NCBI GenBank assembly: GCA_963665295.1
Contig: OY762209.1
Coordinates: 64,001 to 128,000, forward strand
Length of the DNA stretch: 64,000 nucleotides
Direction: 5' to 3'
DNA from: Syntrophorhabdaceae bacterium
Lineage (GTDB): Bacteria; Desulfobacterota; Syntrophorhabdia; Syntrophorhabdales; Syntrophorhabdaceae
Under the pieces are notes generated by a model. The model was given only the letters and a program-made list of their open reading frames with translations. It ran no database searches and was not told where the DNA came from. Shown piece by piece: positions 56,976-64,000 of the stretch (its first letter is position 1; every line of letters begins with the position of its first letter). The position numbers were made by a program, and so were the translations under genes.

Positions 56976-58496
56976 TTAGAATATCCTGTCCTCAGTTATC
57001 CACCCCGGGAACCATCGATAGTACTCCTTGGGGTGAGCCTTCTTCAACCCGTCATAGGTTGCCTTGGCGAGGGTGATGCCTTTCTTTGTCCGGTAAAGCT
57101 TGGCGAGGCCCTTGGCCTCCAGGCCCGTGAGGAATGAATCCAGGTGGGCGCCGTTCACCGCAAGCTGGTCCGTCAGGTCTTCACGGCTCATGAAAAGACC
57201 GGGGTTTACCCTGTAATCTTCAGCCAGTATGCCGAGGACTGTGTCCTCGTCCGTCTTCGCCGGCGGCACCACCTTTCCCGTTGCCGGAATCGGGACGCCG
57301 AGTTCGTCGTGGATAACCCTGCGGCGCATCTTAAGGTCTTCTGCCATCTGTTTTACGCCGCTCTTGAAGATCACCTGCCTGCACGCCTCCATGGTGCCGC
57401 CCGAGATGTGCTCTACCTTGGCGACCTGCATTATGGACTGGGCCGGATAGAAGGGTGTCACGCCGTCTCCCCCCATTACCTGAAGCGCGTCGAGGCTCGA
57501 CTGCATGGTGCTCTCCACGTTGAACACCTTGGTCACATTCGAATCGACTGTAATGTCCCATCCCAGGTCCCACAGGTACGCGGTGTAATATACTGCGAGG
57601 CGTGCGAGTTTCAGCCGGATTATGAGGTCCGCTATCTTGGTCTGGTTGGCGGCGATATCGATGGTGGGTTTCCCGAACTGGACTCTTCTTTGCGCGTAGG
57701 GCACCGCGTTTTTCAGCAGTTCCAATTGCCACCCCACGGTCATGGCGGAGATGAGGGTCCGCTCGAAGTTGAGACCCGCAGTCATTATCTTCCATCCTTC
57801 GCCCTCTGCTCCGATACGGTTCTCTTCCGAGACCTCCACGTTGTCGAAGTCGAGCACGCCGTTCTGTATATTCTCGAAACCGAGCACCTCGTTCATCTTT
57901 TCCACGGTAAAGCCGGGAGCGCCCTTCTCGATGATGAAGGCGGTAAGGTGGCGGTATTTTGCAATGTCTTCGGGGTTGCTGCTCGTACGGGCATACACCA
58001 TGTATCTCGTCGCCACGCCCGCAGATACGATGAACCTCTTCTTTCCGTTGATGATGTAAGCGTTGCCTTTGCGTTCCGCCCGCATTTCCATGCCCGCGGC
58101 ATCGGTCCCTGCGAAGGGTTCGGTAATCACGATGGCCCCTATCTCCCCTTTCGCGATCCTCGGGAGGAGACGCCTCTTCTGCTCCTCGGTGGCGGCTTCT
58201 ATGATCTGCCTCAGGCCTCCTATCATATTGCCGACCATGATCCTGCCCGGCCCGGGCATGCGGCAGAACTGCTCGACCACGATGCACGCCCCTGTGGCGC
58301 CGAGTCCCATGCCGCCGTACTCCTTGGGCACGGCCACCCCTGTATACCCCTTTTCAGCTATCCTTTCAAAGATGTCCCAGGGGAATTCCCTCTTCCATCT
58401 GGCCTCGGCATCCCGTGGGATGATTTCTTCCGCAAACTCCCCCACCTCTTTTGCAATCCGCTTCTGCTCGTCTGTCCACCACGGAAAATGTTCCAT
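56976..58496 (-). CDS. Acyl-CoA dehydrogenase with an about 115-aa C-terminal extension
   Basis: ITEPFAGTD, INGKKRF, LNFER, RVQFGKP, QVMGGDG, ISGGT, then extension. Confidence 0.92.
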   Translation of the reverse strand: MEHFPWWTDEQKRIAKEVGEFAEEIIPRDAEARWKREFPWDIFERIAEKGYTGVAVPKEYGGMGLGATGACIVVEQFCRMPGPGRIMVGNMIGGLRQIIEAATEEQKRRLLPRIAKGEIGAIVITEPFAGTDAAGMEMRAERKGNAYIINGKKRFIVSAGVATRYMVYARTSSNPEDIAKYRHLTAFIIEKGAPGFTVEKMNEVLGFENIQNGVLDFDNVEVSEENRIGAEGEGWKIMTAGLNFERTLISAMTVGWQLELLKNAVPYAQRRVQFGKPTIDIAANQTKIADLIIRLKLARLAVYYTAYLWDLGWDITVDSNVTKVFNVESTMQSSLDALQVMGGDGVTPFYPAQSIMQVAKVEHISGGTMEACRQVIFKSGVKQMAEDLKMRRRVIHDELGVPIPATGKVVPPAKTDEDTVLGILAEDYRVNPGLFMSREDLTDQLAVNGAHLDSFLTGLEAKGLAKLYRTKKGITLAKATYDGLKKAHPKEYYRWFPGWITEDRIF

Positions 58497-58577
58497 AATA
58501 CCACTGACCTCCTTACGCCTTTGTAGCAAGCGCCTGTTTTATGATTGATTGCTGCCTTGCGTTCCTTCAGTTGGGTT

Positions 58578-58594
58578 AGCATAAATCGTGCCAA
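58578..58594 (-). promoter_or_regulatory. Sigma54 promoter
   Basis: TTGGCACGATTTATGCT. Confidence 0.85.
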
Positions 58595-58742
58595 CCCCTC
58601 GGGACGGAAAAAACGTGCATTATTGCGTGATTCCAGATTCACCCGTGACTCAATTGACGCATCCGACATAATCGGTTGACATATGTGCCACAATATGTAT
58701 TCATATTATCACATGTGACAGATATGACAAAAAGGAGTCACC

Positions 58743-60284
58743 ATGGACATAGATGAAAACAAATTCTTCAGGGAAGTGAGCGTCCGCATTTGCGGGAGTC
58801 TCGAGATAGAAAAGGCCCTTTCGAGTTGCTTCGAATTCCTCCAGGAAGTGATGCCCGTTGACGAACTCATGCTGGTCGTATATGACCGGGAACTCGGGTC
58901 CACCACCATCACGGCCATTGCGGACGCGAGCGGCGGGAGGTCCTGTTCCGAGCACACCCCGTTACCCGCGTGTCTGAGGCGGGAATTCGAGGAAGTGGAA
59001 GCCCATATCCGCACAAGAAGGATCAATGCCTTTGACGATCCCATCGTCAGTTATGTCGCCCGGCGCAGGCATTGGGAGGAATCATCCCTCCTCGTCAACC
59101 GTCTTATCGTCGATGGGCAGTACATAGGCGCCCTTGCCGCCAGGGTGAGCGGCAGGGACAGATACACGGACCGCCATCTCCACCTGTGGGCCCTTGTAAA
59201 CGAGCCTTCCGCGATTGCCCTCACCAACAACCAGCAATACAGGGAGATATCGAGGTTGAAGGACCTCCTTGCGGACGACAAATCCTATCTCGAGGAAGAG
59301 CTTCGAAAAGGGTCGGGCGTCAGGCTGGTAGGCGGCGAGTTCGGGCTGAAGCGCGTTATGGAAGGGGTGCGTCTCGTGGCGCCTCTCATGAGCCCCGTCC
59401 TCATCACCGGACAGACCGGCACGGGTAAGGAGCTTATCGCCAACGCCATTCATGATCTCTCGCCCCGACGGGAGGGCCCCCTCATCAAAGTGAACTGCGG
59501 CGCCATACCCGAAACGCTTATCGACAGCGAGCTTTTCGGGTATGAGAAAGGTGCTTTCACCGGCGCATACGAACAAAAACGCGGACGTTTTGAACGTGCC
59601 AACAGGGGCACCATATTCCTCGACGAAGTCTCGGAACTGCCCCCCGCCGCGCAGGTACGCCTGCTCCGCGTGCTCCAGGAAAAGGAGATCGAGCGGGTAG
59701 GCGGCGGAACACCGATGAAGATCGACGTGAGGATCATATCGGCCACGAACCGTGACCTCGAGGAGATGGTGGCGCGGGGTCAGTTGAGGGAGGACCTTTT
59801 CTTCCGCCTTAACGTCTTTCCCATCCTTATACCGCCCCTCAAGGAGCGCAAGACGGATATACCGGCCCTCGTCCATCATTTCATAGAAAAGAAGTCCCGG
59901 CAAATGGTGTTGCCCTCCGTCCCGACCCTCGCTTCCGGGGAGATCGACAGGCTCATGGCCTATGACTGGCCGGGCAATGTGCGGGAACTCGAAAACGCAG
60001 TGGAGCGGGCGATCATCGTTTCCAGGGGCAAACCGATCAGCTTCCGCGACATTCTGACCGCCTCCCGGTCCCGGGTGGAAGAGACCGATACCACTGAAGA
60101 GAGCGGCACCACGCTCAGAGAAGGGGAAGCGAAACAGATCCGGCGCGCCTTGGAAAAGGCCATGGGCAAAGTGAGCGGCCCGGGAAGCGCGGCTGAGATC
60201 CTCGGCATAAACCCCGGAACCCTCAGACACAGGATGAGGAAGCTCGGCATCCCCTTCGGCAGGCAGAACCGCACCGCCGCGTAG
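58743..60284 (+). CDS. Sigma54-dependent activator (GAF-like, AAA+, HTH)
   Basis: [29 protein letters not shown]; paralog of 30995-32524. Confidence 0.95.
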   Translation: MDIDENKFFREVSVRICGSLEIEKALSSCFEFLQEVMPVDELMLVVYDRELGSTTITAIADASGGRSCSEHTPLPACLRREFEEVEAHIRTRRINAFDDPIVSYVARRRHWEESSLLVNRLIVDGQYIGALAARVSGRDRYTDRHLHLWALVNEPSAIALTNNQQYREISRLKDLLADDKSYLEEELRKGSGVRLVGGEFGLKRVMEGVRLVAPLMSPVLITGQTGTGKELIANAIHDLSPRREGPLIKVNCGAIPETLIDSELFGYEKGAFTGAYEQKRGRFERANRGTIFLDEVSELPPAAQVRLLRVLQEKEIERVGGGTPMKIDVRIISATNRDLEEMVARGQLREDLFFRLNVFPILIPPLKERKTDIPALVHHFIEKKSRQMVLPSVPTLASGEIDRLMAYDWPGNVRELENAVERAIIVSRGKPISFRDILTASRSRVEETDTTEESGTTLREGEAKQIRRALEKAMGKVSGPGSAAEILGINPGTLRHRMRKLGIPFGRQNRTAA

Positions 60285-60426
60285 CAACAGGACGCTCTTT
60301 TTCCCTTTTCTGTCACATCCGTCATTAGGGACAAAAATTATGGCGAATACGTCGAAAATTTCCGCCACATCCGTCACACTGTATCTCTCCTCGTAAAAAA
60401 CACCGTATCTACACTAACTTAGATGA

Positions 60427-60442
60427 TGGCACGTTTTATGCT
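60427..60442 (+). promoter_or_regulatory. Sigma54 promoter
   Basis: TGGCACGTTTTATGCT. Confidence 0.85.
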
Positions 60443-60494
60443 TCGGGACATGCCATACGTTAACGTGAAAAACTATCTTATCGGGAGGAACGGA

Positions 60495-61892
60495 ATGGCG
60501 AGCAGGACGTTGAGTATAGGAGAGGTTTTTGACACGAGTCGGTTCACGGTGTATCAGACTTTGGTTTGCAGTCTCTGTTTTCTTGTCACATTTCTGGATG
60601 GCTTCGACTTGACGGTTGTGGGGGTGGCGTTACCTAAAATTGCTGATTTTCTGCACTCAAAGCCCAGTTCTCTCGGGTTGGCCCTGGGGGCCGGTCAATT
60701 TGGACCCCTGATCGGCGCAGTCGTTCTGGGCATGCTTGCAGACCGCTGGGGCCGCAAGTGGATGCTCTTCGTCTCCGCGGTGATCTTCGGACTCTTCACG
60801 CTCATGACCGTATTCATCACCACCGTGGAAGAACTTGCCCTCTACCGTTTTCTCGCGGGAGTCGGGCTGGGCGGGGCGGTCCCCAATGCCCTTACCTTCG
60901 GCTCCGAATATTCTCCGACCAGGGCCCGCGCGGGCATGGTGGCCACCATGTACGCGGGTATGCCTGCGGGTGCCATGATAGGGGGACTCCTTGCCGCGTA
61001 CCTGATCCCCCATTTCGGCTGGAAATCGCTTTTCATCCTGGGAGGGGGCATACCCCTTGTCATCGCCCTTATGATTGCCCTCATTCTTCCGGAGTCACTC
61101 GAATTTCTCGTCCGGAAGAGCACCAAGAAGAACCTGACTCGGGCTCGTAAAATCATTGCGAGAATCTCCCCTGCCCTCGCGAACGACAAGGGAGTGACCT
61201 TTATCTCGAGCGCGAAGAAGGTCGCCGGCGTGCCTGCCAAACGTCTTTTCACCGAAGGGCGCGCCCTCACCACGGTGCTCCTGTGGGTCACGTGCTCCGC
61301 GGCTCTCTATATGCTCTGGATACTCAACACGTGGTCTCCCACATTGCTGCGCAAGGCGGGCGCAACGGTTCAGCAATACAGCCTCGCCTATTCCTATCTC
61401 TGTTTCGGCGCGGTAATCTCATCCATATTCGTAGGTCGCATGATGGATAAGCTTAACCCCTTCAGGGTGCTGCAGGTGGGCTTCACTTTCGCCTTCCTCA
61501 GCCTCGTGGCATTCGGTTTTGCCGCCAAGAGCGGTTCCTTCGTCGTTATCGCCGTTCTGTCCGTTATCTGCGGCATTTGCATAAACGGGAGCCAGACCGG
61601 CACCCTGGCGGTTACCACCGTCTCCTATCCTTCCGACATCAGGGGAACGGGGATCGGCTGGGCATACGCCGTCGCCAAGATAGGCGCCATGGGCGCTCCC
61701 ATCGTGGGAGGCATCATGCTCGAAAGGAATTGGGGCGTCACCGAACTCTGCGGCGCAAACGCCCTGGTAGGTATCTTCACCGCTGGCGTCCTCGTAGTCC
61801 TTCAGAGGCACGTGGCAAACAGCAAGGAACGGGCCGCCCGCAACGCCGTGACGGAGCAGCCGGAAACCGTGGCAGCTGTGGAGGCCTGTTGA
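60495..61892 (+). CDS. MFS aromatic acid:H+ symporter (PcaK/BenK-like)
   Basis: FLDGFD, LADRWGRK, GLGGAVPN, SEYSP, LPESLEFL, YPSDIRGTGIGW. Confidence 0.9.
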   Translation: MASRTLSIGEVFDTSRFTVYQTLVCSLCFLVTFLDGFDLTVVGVALPKIADFLHSKPSSLGLALGAGQFGPLIGAVVLGMLADRWGRKWMLFVSAVIFGLFTLMTVFITTVEELALYRFLAGVGLGGAVPNALTFGSEYSPTRARAGMVATMYAGMPAGAMIGGLLAAYLIPHFGWKSLFILGGGIPLVIALMIALILPESLEFLVRKSTKKNLTRARKIIARISPALANDKGVTFISSAKKVAGVPAKRLFTEGRALTTVLLWVTCSAALYMLWILNTWSPTLLRKAGATVQQYSLAYSYLCFGAVISSIFVGRMMDKLNPFRVLQVGFTFAFLSLVAFGFAAKSGSFVVIAVLSVICGICINGSQTGTLAVTTVSYPSDIRGTGIGWAYAVAKIGAMGAPIVGGIMLERNWGVTELCGANALVGIFTAGVLVVLQRHVANSKERAARNAVTEQPETVAAVEAC

Positions 61893-62073
61893 ATTATGCC
61901 TCTCACTCCGGGTCGGGTCTAACCCGGCCCGGAGCATTGCACCCGCTGTTCCCTTTGTGCCCTTCCCTGTGGTGCCGCCTTTCTCCGGCAATCTGCCGTC
62001 TCCTCGGTGAATTTGCTTTTTCCCTCTTGTGGAGGGTAAACTTTACCGTGCAAAATTCGTGGGGAGAGTAATT

Positions 62074-63282
62074 ATGCGAAGAAAAACAGTTGAAGTCGTG
62101 GTGGGTGATATCGGTATCGGCGGGGACAACCCCGTTCGCATACAGTCCATGACCAACACGCCGACTTCGGACATCGACGCCACGGTGAACCAGATAATCG
62201 AGTTGTGGGAAGCCGGCAGCGAGCTTGTGAGGTTCACCGTCAAGGATGACCCGGATGCTCAGGCGGTTCCCCGCATACGGGACAAGCTGCGGCTGAAGGG
62301 CTGCGATGTTCCTATAATAGGAGATTTCCATTACAATGGGCAGAGGTTGTTGACGACCTATCCCGACTGCGCCCGGGCTCTGGACAAATTGCGGATAAAC
62401 CCCGGCAATGTCGGCTTTGGCGATCATAGGGACGCCAACTTCGAGACCTTCATCACACAGGCAATCCTCTACGACAAGCCCGTGAGAATAGGGGTCAATT
62501 TTGGAAGCATGGACAAAAGGGTATTCCAAAAACTCCTTGAGGAGAACGCCGGGAAACCCGATTCGGAGAAAAAGACGAGCGAGGAGGTCTCTGTTGACGC
62601 CATGGTCGTAAGCGCCATGGAATCCGTCAAAGCGGCCGAAAAGATAGGACTGCCTCACAATAAGATAGTCCTTTCCGTCAAGGTCAGCCGGGTTCTCGAA
62701 ATGATAGAAGCCAACCGGTTGCTGTCCGCACAATCCGACCTCCCCTTGCATTTGGGGGTTACGGAAGCAGGAATGGGGATCAAGGGCGCAGTCGCTTCCA
62801 CGGCAGGACTGAGCGTGCTGATCCACGAGGGCATAGGAGACACCATCAGGACGTCCCTCACTCCCTCACCAAAAAGTTCCCGTACGGAAGAGGTAATTGT
62901 CTGCCAGCAGATACTTCAGTTCCTGGGCAAGCGCAACTTTCTTCCCACCGTGACCAGCTGCCCGGGATGCGGCAGGACCGCCTCCTCGGCTTTTCAGGGG
63001 ATTGCCGAAGAAATCACCATCTACCTCAACGAGCGGACGCCTGTCTGGCGAAGGAAGGGATACAGGGGATTTGAAGGGATGGTGGTTGCGGTCATGGGAT
63101 GCGTGGTAAACGGCCCGGGAGAAAGCAGGGATGCCGATATCGGTTTGAGCTTGCCGGGAAGGGGGGAAGATGCGGCCGCGGTAGTCTTCGCGGACGGCGC
63201 CAAAGCAGGCACCTTATCCGGCCCCGACCGGGTTGGGGACTTCAAGAAGATGATTGAAGCGTACGTTCTTCGCCGGAGGTGA
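62074..63282 (+). CDS. ispG: 4-hydroxy-3-methylbut-2-en-1-yl diphosphate synthase
   Basis: IQSMTNT, RINPGN, RIGVN.GS, LHLGVTEAG, SCPGCGRT, VMGCVVNGPGE. Confidence 0.97.
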   Translation: MRRKTVEVVVGDIGIGGDNPVRIQSMTNTPTSDIDATVNQIIELWEAGSELVRFTVKDDPDAQAVPRIRDKLRLKGCDVPIIGDFHYNGQRLLTTYPDCARALDKLRINPGNVGFGDHRDANFETFITQAILYDKPVRIGVNFGSMDKRVFQKLLEENAGKPDSEKKTSEEVSVDAMVVSAMESVKAAEKIGLPHNKIVLSVKVSRVLEMIEANRLLSAQSDLPLHLGVTEAGMGIKGAVASTAGLSVLIHEGIGDTIRTSLTPSPKSSRTEEVIVCQQILQFLGKRNFLPTVTSCPGCGRTASSAFQGIAEEITIYLNERTPVWRRKGYRGFEGMVVAVMGCVVNGPGESRDADIGLSLPGRGEDAAAVVFADGAKAGTLSGPDRVGDFKKMIEAYVLRRR

Positions 63283-63456
63283 CCCTCGTCACATTTTCGC
63301 TTTGTCAAATCATGGTAGCCTTATGACATCGGAGTAAAGGAAGCCTGTCGGAAAAACGTGCAATATAAGGTAGCCATATGGCAAAAGAGGCTGGCCGTTT
63401 TCGTGACCCGTCGATGGCGTGCGTCAAACCGGGCCGTATGGAAGAGGAATAGGGAA

Positions 63457-64000
63457 ATGAAAAGATTCATTGTGGCAAGTATTGTGACACTTCTGGTCGT
63501 CCCCGGTTTCGGAGCGGGGGCCGGGCATTGCTTCAACCCTGCCGACCTTCAGCACCTGAAAAAGACCTTGCGATGCCCGGGATGCGACCTGTCGGACGCG
63601 GGCCTCAATGGCCTCAACCTGAGCCACGCACGGCTTGTGGGTGCCAATCTGACCGGCGCAAACCTTTCAGGGGCGAACCTCGGGGGTGTGACTCTCAGCA
63701 ATGCCGACCTCACGAGGGCAGACCTCACGGGGGCGAACCTGTCCGCCGCCCGTCTCCGCCGTGCGGACCTTGAAGGGGCAGACATATCCGGGGCGGTGCT
63801 CGACCATGCGGACCTGTCCGGGGCGAACCTCACCCATGCAAAATTGTGCAAGACCAAAGGGGCCAATGCAATCATGCGCGGCGCAGACCTGTCGGGGGCA
63901 AGCCTCGATAGTGCCCTCCTCGAACATATCAGTCTCAGGGGAGCAAACCTCTCGAGCGCCGATTTCTCACATGCCAACATTACCAATGCCGACCTGTCCG
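63457..64000 (+). CDS. Exported pentapeptide-repeat protein (runs off the window)
   Basis: Manual translation MKRFIVASIVTLLVVPGFGAGAGHCFNPADLQHLKKTLRCPGCDLSDAGL, then A(D/N)Lxx repeats. Confidence 0.9.
   Translation, partial: MKRFIVASIVTLLVVPGFGAGAGHCFNPADLQHLKKTLRCPGCDLSDAGLNGLNLSHARLVGANLTGANLSGANLGGVTLSNADLTRADLTGANLSAARLRRADLEGADISGAVLDHADLSGANLTHAKLCKTKGANAIMRGADLSGASLDSALLEHISLRGANLSSADFSHANITNADLS

Noticed and set aside
660..60377. Many long antisense ORFs in the track (e.g. 660-1682, 9070-10164, 32667-33959, 47294-48631, 57144-58526, 59082-60377)
   Set aside because: They are shadows of well-supported genes on the opposite strand in GC-rich DNA and show no family motifs.

Overview
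A 64 kb gene-dense bacterial window dominated by anaerobic, CoA-dependent catabolism. The gene content resembles a syntrophic aromatic-degrading Desulfobacterota such as Syntrophorhabdus; this is inference, not a database result. Main blocks: (i) 1-5.7 kb, a minus-strand CoA-transferase/enoyl-CoA hydratase module with two desulforedoxin-like microproteins missing from the ORF track and a frameshifted TetR; (ii) 6.2-24.5 kb, a co-oriented minus-strand cluster (UbiD, EtfBA, DUF35 plus atypical thiolase, heteromeric acyl-CoA dehydrogenase pair, CoA transferase, M24 hydrolase, OYE, hydantoinase A/B with a frameshift, SphA-type outer-membrane channel, hydratase); (iii) 25-37 kb, an amidohydrolase decarboxylase, thioesterase, TetR, a PpcG-like microprotein coupled to ubiX, a Cache protein, an MFS, a sigma54 activator and a sigma54-driven xanthine-dehydrogenase-family trimer; (iv) 38-45 kb, two-component genes, hotdog proteins and TerC; (v) 45-52 kb, a beta-oxidation operon with two TetRs; (vi) a secreted SBBP beta-propeller protein; (vii) a sigma54 unit (acyl-CoA dehydrogenase with a C-terminal extension, CoA ligase, aromatic-acid MFS), ispG and a pentapeptide-repeat protein. 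A recurring 16-bp TetR-type operator and relics of duplicated TetR cassettes link several blocks. I recognised no rRNA, tRNA, CRISPR array or transposase. All family calls come from motif recognition by eye.
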